Positions 47,325-57,565 of a DNA stretch of 64,000 nucleotides are shown here, piece by piece. Each line of letters begins with the position of its first letter. The stretch's first letter is position 1. The notes beneath the pieces were generated by a model, which saw only the letters and a list, made by a program, of their open reading frames with translations, did no database searches and was not told where the DNA came from. The position numbers and the translations under genes are program-made. Origin of the DNA: Acidimicrobiia bacterium (lineage in GTDB: Bacteria; Actinomycetota; Acidimicrobiia; Spongiisociales; UBA5794); contig CBDCGU010000003.1 in NCBI GenBank assembly GCA_965216945.1, forward strand, positions 3,526,653-3,590,652. The letters are read 5' to 3'.

Positions 47325-48536
47325 TCACACTCGGACGATCACGGCCTCAGCCTCGCCGATCCCTCCACATATGGACACCAATCCGACGAGTCGACGGCTG
47401 CCTGCGAGCGCGGCTCTCTGCCTCCTGAGCTCCAAGATTGCCGTCATTACGAGACGGGCAGCCGTTGCACCTGTGGGATGGCCGATCGCAATGGAGCCAC
47501 CATTCGGGTTGGTTCGGTTGCGGATGTCGACGACAAGTTCCGGGTCCTCGTCGGCCAGGAGCAGGGTCGATACCAGGGGAACGGCGGCGAATGCTTCGTT
47601 GATCTCGATCAGGTCGACATCCTCGAGATCCGTACCTGTTTTCTCGAGCGCCATGCGTGCAGCCACGGCCGGAATCGATGCGATCCGGTCGGGGTGCCCT
47701 GATGCCATCGACCATCCGTGAAGCGTCGCCAGGGGCTCGAGACCCCTTGCTTCAGCCTCACCAACCCGCATGAGTACGAGCGCACTCGCTCCCGAGCTCA
47801 ATCCAGGTGCGTTCCCTGCCGTGACCGTGGGGCTGCCGTAGATGGTCGGCAGAGCAGCGAGCTTCTCCATCGAGCTATCCGGACGGATCGACTCATCGCT
47901 GTCGAAGGTCCGCATCCCGCCGCGTTCCGAGATCTTCATCGGGACGATCTCGTCCACGAACTTGTGCTCGTCGACGGCGTGCTGGACGCGGAGGTGACTG
48001 CGGACTGCCCAGGCATCTTGTTCCTCGCGAGAGATGCCGTATTCGACTGCCTCCTCGCCGGCTTGGAGGGCCCTGGGCTTTCCGGTCATGGGGTCGGCGA
48101 TGACGAGTTGGTCCTTGAGAGTGACATCGCCGAGTTTGCTGCCCCATCGCTGGCGGGTGAGGAAATACGGAACGATGGACATGTTCTCGGTCCCGCCCGC
48201 CACGCCGATTCGTGCTTCGTCCAGCCGGAGTGATCGAGACACCATCGTTATGGCGGCGAGCGAAGAGCAACACGCTCGATCCACGGTATATGCGACTTTG
48301 CTCTCGGGGATTCCGGATTCGATCAGGACCTGGCGTGCGACCGATCGATCAGCTCCCGGCAGGTTGACGCCCATCCCGACCTCGTCGACATCGTCAGGCT
48401 CGAGTCCAGAGCGTTCCAGGGCAGCAGTAACGGCGACCGCACCGAGTTCCGGGAGGCTGAAATCGCGCAACGAGCCTCCAAACCGGCCAAATGGTGTGCG
48501 CGCAACGCCCACAACGGCGATGTCAGTCCTATCCAT
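47325..48536 (-). CDS. thiolase (acetyl-CoA C-acyltransferase) family protein
   Basis: VDRACCSSL active-site Cys region; C-terminal GGGIG. Confidence 0.85.
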   Translation of the reverse strand: MDRTDIAVVGVARTPFGRFGGSLRDFSLPELGAVAVTAALERSGLEPDDVDEVGMGVNLPGADRSVARQVLIESGIPESKVAYTVDRACCSSLAAITMVSRSLRLDEARIGVAGGTENMSIVPYFLTRQRWGSKLGDVTLKDQLVIADPMTGKPRALQAGEEAVEYGISREEQDAWAVRSHLRVQHAVDEHKFVDEIVPMKISERGGMRTFDSDESIRPDSSMEKLAALPTIYGSPTVTAGNAPGLSSGASALVLMRVGEAEARGLEPLATLHGWSMASGHPDRIASIPAVAARMALEKTGTDLEDVDLIEINEAFAAVPLVSTLLLADEDPELVVDIRNRTNPNGGSIAIGHPTGATAARLVMTAILELRRQRAALAGSRRLVGLVSICGGIGEAEAVIVRV

Positions 48537-48547
48537 CGTTCCTCCAG

Positions 48548-49780
48548 TCAGACAATCCCGCGCTCGACCAGTGCACGTACCTCGGATGCCCCGAGTCCTA
48601 TCTCGGCCAAGACCTCGCCCGTATGCTCGCCGAGAGCCGGGGGTGGTTCCGAACGGTTGGCGGCAGCACCGGACATCTTCACCGGCGAACCAACGACCCT
48701 CACGGTTCCCATCACCGGGTCGTCGATGTCGAGCATCAGCTGGCGTGCGGCCACGTGCGGGGAGTCGAAGACGTCATGGGCCGTATGGACGGGGCCGGCT
48801 GGCAGCCCTGCTTGGTCGAGGGCCGCGAGCGCCTCGGCCTTGGACCGCTCGTGGAACCATGTGCGGATCAAGTCGCCGAGCCAGCCGTCCATATTGCTGG
48901 CACGTTCGGTCCCGGACTCCGTTCCGGTTGCTCCCACGAGATCGGTTCGGCTGATCGCGTTGCAGAACCGTTGCCAATCCCGCTCCGTGGCGACGATCAA
49001 TGCGATCCACCCGTCGCGACACTCGAACGGTCCCCACGGTGCCATGAACGGTTCATTGCCTCGCTCCAGCACCCGACCGGTCAGCGAGTACGCGGTGACC
49101 GACCGCTCGGCCAGTGCCACCATCGAATCGAGCATCGCAACATCGACGTACTGGCCGATCCCCGTCTGTTGGCGATGGTAGAGAGCCAGCGTGATCGCAT
49201 GCGCGGCGTTCATGCCGGAGACGATGTCCCCCAAGGCAACGCCGAGCCAGGTGGGCGGCCCGCCGGCTTGACCACACGTGTTCATGAGTCCGCTCATGGC
49301 CTGGGCGACAATGTCGTACGCCGGGCGACCGCTGTAGGGTCCCTCGAAGCCCTCCGTGCTACCGAAACCGGTGATGCTGGCGAAGATCAATCCCGGGTTG
49401 TCGCCCTTCAAGTCGGCGTAGCCGAGTCCGAGGCTCGCCAACACTCCAGGCCTGAAATTCTCGATCACGACGTCCGAACGGGCCGCGAGGCGCCGAAACA
49501 CGTCCTGACCCTCTGCCGTCTTTATGTCGAGCGTGATGCTTCGCTTGTTGCGGTTGAAGCGGAGGAAGTAGCCGCTGCGACTATCACCGTCGTCATTGGT
49601 GACGATCGGTGCTCCGTGTCGAGCGGTGTCACCCGTACCAGGACGCTCGACCTTCACCACATCTGCACCTCGGTCGGCGAGCATCATCGAGCAGTAGGGG
49701 CCCGCGACCTGGATTTCGAAACTCAGTACCTTGATCCCGTCGAGGGGGAGTCCCATGGTGCCCAAGGCAGACGCCGTCAC
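48548..49780 (-). CDS. CaiB/BaiF family (class III) CoA-transferase
   Basis: GIKVLSFEIQVAGPYCSMMLADRGADVVKVERP N-terminal signature. Confidence 0.8.
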   Translation of the reverse strand: MTASALGTMGLPLDGIKVLSFEIQVAGPYCSMMLADRGADVVKVERPGTGDTARHGAPIVTNDDGDSRSGYFLRFNRNKRSITLDIKTAEGQDVFRRLAARSDVVIENFRPGVLASLGLGYADLKGDNPGLIFASITGFGSTEGFEGPYSGRPAYDIVAQAMSGLMNTCGQAGGPPTWLGVALGDIVSGMNAAHAITLALYHRQQTGIGQYVDVAMLDSMVALAERSVTAYSLTGRVLERGNEPFMAPWGPFECRDGWIALIVATERDWQRFCNAISRTDLVGATGTESGTERASNMDGWLGDLIRTWFHERSKAEALAALDQAGLPAGPVHTAHDVFDSPHVAARQLMLDIDDPVMGTVRVVGSPVKMSGAAANRSEPPPALGEHTGEVLAEIGLGASEVRALVERGIV

Positions 49781-50103
49781 TCCAGTTCCCCTGCGAGAAA
49801 TGCCGGGATCTCGAGTCTCAGGAGGGCCGTCGACATGGCCTTTCCCGTCTGGTCGAGGCGAAGGGTGCGCGTGGCACCGCCGCCGAGAGCGGACCTGCAG
49901 ACCACGTTGTACGAATGGATATTCGGCATTGGGTACACCTCGACATCGCCCTCGACCCAGCCGGCGAAGTGAGTCTTGATACGATCGGGCGTCAGCAGCT
50001 TGCCGATGGCATCGTAGAAGGCGGGCTCTTTGGCGATAACTCCGATGTTCGATACGTCTCCTTTGTCGCCCGACCGGGCAAACGCGATATCACGAAGCTG
50101 CAT
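49777..50103 (-). CDS. small DUF4387-like protein (the usual partner of AtuA-family proteins)
   Basis: 108 aa, LRDIA...SGDKGDVSN start; recalled family resemblance, not verified. Confidence 0.45.
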   Translation of the reverse strand: MQLRDIAFARSGDKGDVSNIGVIAKEPAFYDAIGKLLTPDRIKTHFAGWVEGDVEVYPMPNIHSYNVVCRSALGGGATRTLRLDQTGKAMSTALLRLEIPAFLAGELE

Positions 50104-50878
50104 CGTGATTCCCCTTCCATGATGGTGGACGCTTCTCGAGGAAAGACCGCACTCCCTCTCTCAACTCGGGGGAGTGGAGGAACGCCGGCCGTATCGCCTG
50201 ACCAAAAGCCACCGCATCGCGATAGGTCAGGTCTCTGATCTGGTTCAGATAGCGCCTACCGAGGGCGAGGGCCGCCGGGGGCTGGGCAGCGAGGCCGGTT
50301 GCGATCTCCATCGCCGCCGGAAGCAGGTCGTCGTGGGGGACCACCCGCGATATCAGGCCCATCGCCGCGGCTTCATCGGCGCCGAAGATCCGCCCGGTCA
50401 AGGCGAGCTCGCGGGCGATGCGGTCACCGACGGCCAGCCGCACGGCGGGCCAAACCATCAACGGAAAGAGCCCGATCCGAATCTCTGTGAGGCCGAATCT
50501 CGCACGGTCCGAAGACAGCGCGACATCGGCGAGGGCAACGATGCCACATCCGCCGGCCATGGCGGCGCCGTTGACGGCGCACACGACTGGGATCCCGAGG
50601 GCCGGCATCTCGACGAAGAGATCGTGCCAGCCGGCGCCGGAGGTCCACATCTCGCTGGCCGATTCGTCGAGTTCCAGCTCGAACTGTGCGAGGTCCGCAC
50701 CGGCCGAGAAGACAGATCCGGCTCCGGTGATCACCACACAACGTACGTCGGGGGCGCTGTCGGCCGCCTGCAGGTGTCTGAGGAGTTCAGCAACTCCGTC
50801 GTAGTCGAGTGCGTTCCGCTGATCTGGATCGTTGAGCGTTAGAAGCCGAACGGCGCCGCGAGTCTCGACCTCAATCAT
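50090..50878 (-). CDS. enoyl-CoA hydratase/isomerase (crotonase) family protein
   Basis: VITGAGSVFSAGADL and CAVNGAAMAGG oxyanion-hole motifs. Confidence 0.8.
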   Translation of the reverse strand: MIEVETRGAVRLLTLNDPDQRNALDYDGVAELLRHLQAADSAPDVRCVVITGAGSVFSAGADLAQFELELDESASEMWTSGAGWHDLFVEMPALGIPVVCAVNGAAMAGGCGIVALADVALSSDRARFGLTEIRIGLFPLMVWPAVRLAVGDRIARELALTGRIFGADEAAAMGLISRVVPHDDLLPAAMEIATGLAAQPPAALALGRRYLNQIRDLTYRDAVAFGQAIRPAFLHSPELREGVRSFLEKRPPSWKGNHDAAS

Positions 50879-52238
50879 CGACGCGATGCATCTTGGTTTC
50901 GACGTTGACGGCGTCTCGGTCGATGAGTGTTGGCCAGAGGCTGATGACCCGCCGCGGCCTCCCAGGCGGCGCAATCGCCGAGCCGACGCCGCCAAGCGTC
51001 CACAGGTGTAGCACCTCGCGCCGCACGGCGTCGGCCTCCTCGGCGGAGTCGCAGTGTGCTGCGACCCGCAAGCCCACCTCGTTGGGTTCGCAGGCGGGGT
51101 CGGGAGCGGACGGGCCGTGGAGCGTGTCGATGCCGACGTACTCGAAGTTGACGTCGCGTGGGTGGACGTCAACCGTCTTCAGCCGCTGTCTCACGATCTC
51201 CTCTCCCCGGCGTGCCTTGAGGTGTGCATCCGGCCAGGAGAACATGGCCATGCCCTCGCCGATCCACCCATCTTCGTACCCGACGCACACCTTGAGCTGG
51301 TCGGGCCGCGTCCGACCTGTCATTCCCGTGACCCGAACACGATCGTCGCCGAGATCCCGAATGGAAGGCTTGGTGAAGTCGGCGATCCCGTCTGGCATCA
51401 CGTAGCTCGCCGGATCGATGACCTCGTACAGCAGTTGCTCCTTGACGGTACGTTCGTTGAGGAGCCCGCCGGTGCCGTCGAGCTTGTGGAACTCGGCGTT
51501 GCCCGAGGCATCGACGTCAGCCATGGGGAAGCCGATGTTCCAGATGTCCGGTGCGTCATTCCAGAAGTTGGAGAGGGAGCCAGTGAGGAGAGCGGCACAC
51601 TCGAGCAGGTGACCGATGGTCACAGCCGCTCCACACAGCTCCGGCTGATCGTATGTCCATCCGAACTCGTGCATCATGGGGCCGACGTAGAGTGCGTTGT
51701 CCGATACACGCCCTGCGACAACCACGTGTGCGTCGTTCACGAGCCCCGCAACGATGCCTTCTGCGCCGATGTACGCATTGGCCGCCACGATCCGGGACTC
51801 GATCCTGGTGATATCGGTCTCGCCCGTGTCGAGGTTCGGAAACTTGGTTCCGCCGGACCAGAGCTCCCGCATCGTCTCGAGAACATCGTCGCCGGTCACG
51901 ACAGCGACCCTGGTGTCGTTGAGCCCGAACTCGGTGGCGATGCGAAGCACCTGTTCGGCTGCAGCGGGTGGATTGGCACCACCGGCGTTGGTGATCAGGC
52001 GGGTTCCCTGCGTGCGGGCTGTGGGGAGGATTGCCCGCATCCACGGCACGATGTCGCGGATGTAGCCGCGGTTTGGATCGGAGTTTCGCTGGCGCTGGAG
52101 GATGGCAAGCGTCAGCTCGGCGAGGTGGTCGAAGCAGAGGTAGTCCAGGTTTCCGCGTTCGGCGAGCTGGACGGCCGGCTCGAGCAAGTCGCCCCAGTAC
52201 GCCGAGCCGCTGCCGAGGCGGATGGTATGGCTTGTCAC
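50871..52238 (-). CDS. acyclic terpene utilisation AtuA family protein (DUF1446)
   Basis: HTIRLGSGSAYWGD N-terminal AtuA pattern; start moved downstream so the operator is not translated. Confidence 0.65.
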   Translation of the reverse strand: MTSHTIRLGSGSAYWGDLLEPAVQLAERGNLDYLCFDHLAELTLAILQRQRNSDPNRGYIRDIVPWMRAILPTARTQGTRLITNAGGANPPAAAEQVLRIATEFGLNDTRVAVVTGDDVLETMRELWSGGTKFPNLDTGETDITRIESRIVAANAYIGAEGIVAGLVNDAHVVVAGRVSDNALYVGPMMHEFGWTYDQPELCGAAVTIGHLLECAALLTGSLSNFWNDAPDIWNIGFPMADVDASGNAEFHKLDGTGGLLNERTVKEQLLYEVIDPASYVMPDGIADFTKPSIRDLGDDRVRVTGMTGRTRPDQLKVCVGYEDGWIGEGMAMFSWPDAHLKARRGEEIVRQRLKTVDVHPRDVNFEYVGIDTLHGPSAPDPACEPNEVGLRVAAHCDSAEEADAVRREVLHLWTLGGVGSAIAPPGRPRRVISLWPTLIDRDAVNVETKMHRVDD

Positions 52239-52254
52239 GGTTTCACCCACCCAA

Positions 52255-52274
52255 GAACGAGCGTTTGTTCGAAC
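52255..52274. promoter_or_regulatory. operator-family site GAACGAGCGTTTGTTCGAAC abutting the AtuA start
   Basis: Read directly. Confidence 0.4.
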
Positions 52275-52358
52275 CATAATGGTAACGACGTCTGCGGAAT
52301 CCAGTCAATACGGCAGAGGCCCTCTGATCGAGCGCTTTGGCCACCGATCGTGCGGGCG

Positions 52359-53972
52359 TCAGTTCGGCTCGGTCGACCGGCTCGTGGGTGTCCATGGCAG
52401 CTGCCGGTCCCGCAAGCTGCGTTTGAGGACCTTGCCGCTCGGGGATACCGGGATGTCAGAGAGAGGAACCAAGGCGACCTTCTTCGGAATCTTGTAGCCC
52501 GCGAGGTGTCGTCTCAGGTACGCATCCAGCTCGTTGAGGGTCAGGTCACGCCCGGCCCGAAGTGCAACCACGGCACGGACCTCCTCGTCCCACTCTGCAC
52601 TGGGATATCCCAAGATCGCTGCTTCGGCGATGGAGGGGTGTGAATAGAACACCTGCTCGACCTCAGCCGAATACACGTTCTCCCCTCCGGACTTGATCAT
52701 GTCCTTCGCCCGGTCCCTGAAGAAGAAGTACCCGTCGGCGTCACGGGTCCCGAGATCGCCGGTGCGCAGCCAGCCACCCCGCAGTGCCGCGCTCGTGGCG
52801 TCCGGGCGTCGGAAATACCCCTGCATCACGTTGGGGCCGCGGACGCACAACTCCCCAACCTCGTCACTCGGGAGTTCTTCGTCTGACTCGGGATCGAGCG
52901 ATCGGACGGTCGCCTCCGTCAGCAGGAACTCCTGTCCGATCGAGCCGTCGATGTCGGTGCGGAACATGTCGGCGGGAAGAAGGCGAGTCACGATGGGACC
53001 TGCTTCGGTGAGGCCGTACTGGTAATAGATCTCCGTATCCGGCAGCGCAAGTCTGACGAGGTCCTTGTCCGGCATGCGCCACGTCGAACCCCCCGTGTAC
53101 AGGCGGGCCAGCGACGCCATCCTGCCGTGCTCGACGGCACCGCTCGCCAGGAGTCGCCTGATCATGTTTGGGACGAAGAAGCCGTTCGTCACGCCATGGC
53201 GTGCGATCAAGTCGACGGCATGTTCCTCATCGAAGGCTCTCATGAGCACGCTGGTTGCGCCCAGAAGGAGATGCGGAGCGAACCAACACAACAGCGATGC
53301 CGAGTGGAACATGGGTGCGATCAGGAGCGTGACGTCGCCAGGATGCATATTGGTGTCGATCGTCTCGTTGAGAGCGTTCGTCATGGCGTTCTGGTGCGTG
53401 AGTACGACACCCTTGGGGAAGCCGGTGGTGCCGCCGGTATAGATGATCACCATCGGCGAATCGGGAGTGATCGGTGCGGCTGGGTCGCCTGCCGAACTGA
53501 GAGTTTCATCGAGAGCCGGCCCACCGACGATTGTCTGTTCCAGTAGCTCGAGTTGACCGCTGTCTCGCGACGCCGTCACGAGGTCGACGAACTCGCTCTC
53601 GACGAGCAGGACCCGAGCCATCGAGTCATTCAGCGCAAAGACCAGCTCAGGCGTCGCCCACCTCGAGTTGTATTGAACGGCCACGGCACCTGCGCATGTG
53701 ATAGCAAGAAACGCCTCGACGGCAAAGACGCTGTTGCCGGACAGGAGACCAACCGCATCCCCAGGCTCGACTCCGCACCCGAGCAACATTCGGGACATCG
53801 CCCATACACGGCTGGCGAGGGTCTCGAAGGTCCGTTGCTCGCCATGGTCGTCGATGACCGCCACCTTGGAGGGGCTCCGTCGGCTGTTGATTCTCAGGAT
53901 GTCAGCGAACGTCAACATGGCTCTCTCCACATCAGGCTCGGCTCCGCGGGGCAGTGGGTCGATCACGTCCAT
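52359..53972 (-). CDS. AMP-dependent acyl-CoA synthetase/ligase
   Basis: IIYTGGTTGFPKGV AMP-binding motif; start may be the internal Met at 53918. Confidence 0.8.
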   Translation of the reverse strand: MDVIDPLPRGAEPDVERAMLTFADILRINSRRSPSKVAVIDDHGEQRTFETLASRVWAMSRMLLGCGVEPGDAVGLLSGNSVFAVEAFLAITCAGAVAVQYNSRWATPELVFALNDSMARVLLVESEFVDLVTASRDSGQLELLEQTIVGGPALDETLSSAGDPAAPITPDSPMVIIYTGGTTGFPKGVVLTHQNAMTNALNETIDTNMHPGDVTLLIAPMFHSASLLCWFAPHLLLGATSVLMRAFDEEHAVDLIARHGVTNGFFVPNMIRRLLASGAVEHGRMASLARLYTGGSTWRMPDKDLVRLALPDTEIYYQYGLTEAGPIVTRLLPADMFRTDIDGSIGQEFLLTEATVRSLDPESDEELPSDEVGELCVRGPNVMQGYFRRPDATSAALRGGWLRTGDLGTRDADGYFFFRDRAKDMIKSGGENVYSAEVEQVFYSHPSIAEAAILGYPSAEWDEEVRAVVALRAGRDLTLNELDAYLRRHLAGYKIPKKVALVPLSDIPVSPSGKVLKRSLRDRQLPWTPTSRSTEPN

Positions 53973-54001
53973 CCGTTGGGCCGGGGTGTGCTCTGCTGTC
54001 G

Positions 54002-55141
54002 TCAGGCGAGCGGTGCTCGCTCGATGATGCGGCTGAGTCCGGCGCGCAACGTTTCTTCGCCGGTCGCCAGAGACACCCGCAGATGGTCTCGCGCCCTATT
54101 CCCGAAGGCGCTGCCAGGGGCGACCGCCACTCCGTGATCGATGAGCTTCAGCGCCGTCAGGCGAGAGTCCGTGTCCGGCACCAGCGGTAGCATCACGTAG
54201 AACGCACCCCCCGGTCTGCGCACAGGGTGACCGGCGTCGGCGAGGAAATCGACCACGAGGTCACGTCTCGATCGATAGGCAGCACGCATTTCGGCGACGC
54301 AATCCTGTGGTCCGGTCACAGCGGCTACCGCGGCGGCCTGGACGACAGAGGACACGCACGTGATGAGGGGCTCTTGGAGCACCCACAAGATCGGTGCCAA
54401 CCAGCGGGGTGCCACGACATACCCGATTCGCCACCCCGTCATCGCATACGTCTTCGACAAGCTGTACACGCCGACGACATGCTCCTCGTCGTACTGGTAG
54501 GCGTTGGCGGGGCTACCTTCGTAGACCAATTCGTCGTAGACTTCGTCAGAGATCACGGTGATATCGTGCTCCGCCGCGATCTCGACGATCCGTCGCACGA
54601 CGTGGGGTGGAAACACCGCTCCGGTGGGGTTCGAAGGTGAGTTGAGGCAGATGGCCGCGGTTCGATCCGTCACGAGGGACTCAATGTCCTCGGGGTTCGG
54701 CACGAAGTCGTTGTCCGGTCGTTGCGGGTAGGGGACTGCATCGGCGCCAAAGAGCGAAGCCAGCATCCCATAGTTTGGATAGCCTGGATCAGGCACGAGC
54801 ACCTCGCTGCCTGGGGTGACCAGCGCGGCAAATGCGAGCGAACATCCCTGCATGCCTCCACTGGTGACGACGATCTGGTCCTCGGCGACGTCGAGCTCAG
54901 AGTTCGCCCGGAGCTTGGTTCGGATCGCGGACCGCAACTCGGCTGAGCCGCCGCTCGCCGTGTATCCGGATCCCGTCGAGGCTGCCTTGTGTGCGGCCTC
55001 GACGATGTGCCACGGTGTTGAGAAATCCGGCTCGCCGATCTCGAGTCGGAGAATGTCGTCGCCGCGCTCGATCACGAGGTGCACGATCTCGCGGATTCCG
55101 GACGGAACGACGTTCGTGGCTCGGCTCGACGCTGTAGGCAT
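54002..55141 (-). CDS. pyridoxal phosphate-dependent aminotransferase (class I/II)
   Basis: Fold-type I aminotransferase pattern (SLSKTYAMTGWRIGY with Lys); AGGAGA RBS before ATG 55141. Confidence 0.8.
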   Translation of the reverse strand: MPTASSRATNVVPSGIREIVHLVIERGDDILRLEIGEPDFSTPWHIVEAAHKAASTGSGYTASGGSAELRSAIRTKLRANSELDVAEDQIVVTSGGMQGCSLAFAALVTPGSEVLVPDPGYPNYGMLASLFGADAVPYPQRPDNDFVPNPEDIESLVTDRTAAICLNSPSNPTGAVFPPHVVRRIVEIAAEHDITVISDEVYDELVYEGSPANAYQYDEEHVVGVYSLSKTYAMTGWRIGYVVAPRWLAPILWVLQEPLITCVSSVVQAAAVAAVTGPQDCVAEMRAAYRSRRDLVVDFLADAGHPVRRPGGAFYVMLPLVPDTDSRLTALKLIDHGVAVAPGSAFGNRARDHLRVSLATGEETLRAGLSRIIERAPLA

Positions 55142-55212
55142 GGTGCCCCTTCTCCTCATTCATCCCGGTACTGTTCCGAGCGGTCCATCCATCACCTTCA
55201 CGACACACGTTT

Positions 55213-56394
55213 CTAGAACGACCGAGGGAAACCAAGGAATCGCTCACCAAGGTGGTTACGTGCCATCTCGTTCGAGATCGGCGCGAACGTGTAGAGCCGT
55301 GCGTCTCTGAAATGGCGTTGTACTGCTATCCCTCGAGCGAACGCTGCTCCGCCGAACACCTGCATGGCGTCGGTTGTCGCCTTGATGGCGGCCTCGCTTG
55401 CGGCGATCTTGGCCATGGAAGACAGGAGATCAGCTCGACCTCCGGCGGCCTCGACTTCGGCAGCTCGGACCATCAGGCCTCTCGCTGCCTCAAGCGCGAT
55501 CGCTGCATCGACCAAGCGGTGCTGGAGGGCCTGAAAACTCCCGATCGCCTTGCCAAACGCAGTTCGCTCCGAGGCGTACTCCACAGCAAGCTCGAGCGCA
55601 CCACGTCCGATGCCGATGGCGGCGGCCGCGGCGTTGATACGCTCCTCGTTCAGCGTGTCGAGGACCTGTCGGAATCCCATGTGGATGTCACCCAACATGT
55701 CGTCCTTGCCGACGCGAACGTCGTCGAGGAAGACCTCGGACGTGTCGAGACCATGGATGCTCAGCGTCGCAAGAGGAGTCGTCTTCAGACCGGCGGCGCC
55801 GCCGTCGACCAGGAACATCGTGATTCCGTCGATTGGTGAACCTTCCGAGGTAGCCGTTCGCGCCAGCACTATCAGCACATCGGCTTGGCTCGCTCCTGAG
55901 ATCCACATCTTCGAGCCTGACAGAATCCAGTCATCGCCGTCAGGCGTCGCACGTGTCTTCATGGCTGCTGCAACGTCCGTGCCACCCCCCGGCTCCGTCA
56001 GAGCGAAGGCGACCTTGAGATCGCCGTCGATGAGTTGCTCGAGCATGTTCGAACGGTGCCCACGAACGGTCGCGGTCGACAAGAGGTGGGCCGCCATGTA
56101 GTGGACGATGACGTACACGGCCATCGACGTTGGTCCGGCAGCCAGCTCTTCGACAACAACCGTCTGATCTCGGATGTTTCCCTCGGCGGTTCCGATACCG
56201 AGGATTCCCATCTCGGCGAGTTGGCCGAAGAGCGGCGCATCGAAACGTTCCTCTTCATCGAGTGCCGCCAGACGTTCTGGTGGAGAGGTCGATGCAATCA
56301 TGGTGCGCAAGGTCGATCGCAGCTCGCGCCGCTCAGGGGAATCGGCAGTGGGATCTGATTGGAGCCCGAGAGAATCAGTTAGTTGCACTGCCAC
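55213..56394 (-). CDS. acyl-CoA dehydrogenase family protein
   Basis: ACAD N, middle and C-terminal patterns (MFLVD...; QVFGGAAFARG). Confidence 0.85.
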   Translation of the reverse strand: MAVQLTDSLGLQSDPTADSPERRELRSTLRTMIASTSPPERLAALDEEERFDAPLFGQLAEMGILGIGTAEGNIRDQTVVVEELAAGPTSMAVYVIVHYMAAHLLSTATVRGHRSNMLEQLIDGDLKVAFALTEPGGGTDVAAAMKTRATPDGDDWILSGSKMWISGASQADVLIVLARTATSEGSPIDGITMFLVDGGAAGLKTTPLATLSIHGLDTSEVFLDDVRVGKDDMLGDIHMGFRQVLDTLNEERINAAAAAIGIGRGALELAVEYASERTAFGKAIGSFQALQHRLVDAAIALEAARGLMVRAAEVEAAGGRADLLSSMAKIAASEAAIKATTDAMQVFGGAAFARGIAVQRHFRDARLYTFAPISNEMARNHLGERFLGFPRSF

Positions 56395-56433
56395 CGCACA
56401 GGGTCGGATTGAGACGTTAACCTTAGCGAATGC

Positions 56434-56449
56434 GTACGAACGTTCGCTC
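56434..56449. promoter_or_regulatory. GTACGAACGTTCGCTC operator variant plus CTTCCC, in the divergent ACAD / LLM intergenic region
   Basis: Read directly. Confidence 0.45.
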
Positions 56450-56509
56450 GGCTTCCCCTGAGGCCTGCAATATCAGCATGATGTCCTGTGCTCTGGGGAC
56501 CGAGCCACC

Positions 56510-57274
56510 GTGAGGATCGGGTTGGTGCTGCCGGCGGAAGACCAGGCGACGGTGGCGATCGCGGCAGAAGAGGCTGGGCTCTTCGGTGTCATGGTGGATG
56601 GTGACGGAAGAGGATCTGGGGTGGTGGTGGCTGCCGGGATCGCGGCTCGCACTTTTGCGGTGCGCATCGTGGTGCTCGTCCGCCTGGATAGCGAGCACCC
56701 CGTCACGCTTGCGGAAGAGCTTGCGGTCCTGGACAACATCTCGAACGGCCGGTTGATCGTTGCGGTGGACCCGGGTCAGCTGACAGTCGCCCAAGCTGCC
56801 GAGGCGATCCTGTTGGTGCGCGAGTGTTGGTCTGGCCGACCGGTGCGGCATCGAGGTCCCCATTGGAGGGTCCCGGCCAACCTTCCCGGTCACGAGGCAC
56901 CGAGAAGCATCGTTGTCACTCCAAAGCCCGCCCAGATCGAGCCACACATATGGCTTGGTACGGCGGCCGATTCTGATTTGGCGGAGCTCACAGGCCTTCC
57001 GGTCATCGTGACGTCGCCGCTGGCAGAGCAGCAGCCGGGGCATGTTCAGCCGGGAAGGCTCCGTATCGCAGGTGACGCGGAGATCGATCGGCCGAGCGTG
57101 ACCGAGTGGGCGGACCGGGGTGCGACGCACCTGCTGCTCGATCTCGATGAAGTGCCGACGCCGGATACGCTCGCATACGTCGCCCGCTCTCTCGTACCCG
57201 TTGCCATGATGCCGGGCTTTCCCGAGGTTGTGGCCGAGCTCACCAACCCGCTACCTTGGCCGTCCGATCCCTGA
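56510..57274 (+). CDS. LLM class flavin-dependent oxidoreductase (short form)
   Basis: GTG start; luciferase-like N-terminal pattern. Confidence 0.55.
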   Translation: MRIGLVLPAEDQATVAIAAEEAGLFGVMVDGDGRGSGVVVAAGIAARTFAVRIVVLVRLDSEHPVTLAEELAVLDNISNGRLIVAVDPGQLTVAQAAEAILLVRECWSGRPVRHRGPHWRVPANLPGHEAPRSIVVTPKPAQIEPHIWLGTAADSDLAELTGLPVIVTSPLAEQQPGHVQPGRLRIAGDAEIDRPSVTEWADRGATHLLLDLDEVPTPDTLAYVARSLVPVAMMPGFPEVVAELTNPLPWPSDP

Positions 57275-57313
57275 CCAATCGGAAATAACCGATGGTGCAG
57301 AGTCGTCGACGAA

Positions 57314-57550
57314 TCAGCTCGGTACGCTTCGTTGCTCGCGTTCCTCGATCGTGGCGATCAGCTGATGTTCCTGGATGGATTCGCCTTCTGTGACGTGGAG
57401 TCGCGCAGTTCCGCTGGCAGGGCTCTCGATCGGAATCTCCATCTTCATCGATTCGAGAATGACGAGGGTGTCGCCGGCGGCGACTGTCGACCCCGTCTCG
57501 GTGGCGGTCTTCCACACGTTGGCAGCCATCTCGGCTCGAACTTCAATCAT
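57314..57550 (-). CDS. biotin carboxyl carrier protein (stand-alone biotin/lipoyl attachment domain)
   Basis: ILESMKMEIPI biotinylation motif. Confidence 0.75.
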   Translation of the reverse strand: MIEVRAEMAANVWKTATETGSTVAAGDTLVILESMKMEIPIESPASGTARLHVTEGESIQEHQLIATIEEREQRSVPS

Positions 57551-57565
57551 TGAGCGCCTCAGTCA

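Noticed and set aside
48491-49972. 493-aa plus-strand ORF
   Set aside because: Antisense to the CoA-transferase gene.
51054-52643. 529-aa plus-strand ORF
   Set aside because: Antisense to the AtuA-family gene.
55211-55226. TTCTAGAACG element at the ACAD stop as another operator copy
   Set aside because: Only a half-site resemblance (shared TAGAACG with site 1809); it lies inside or at the end of a coding region. Too weak to call.
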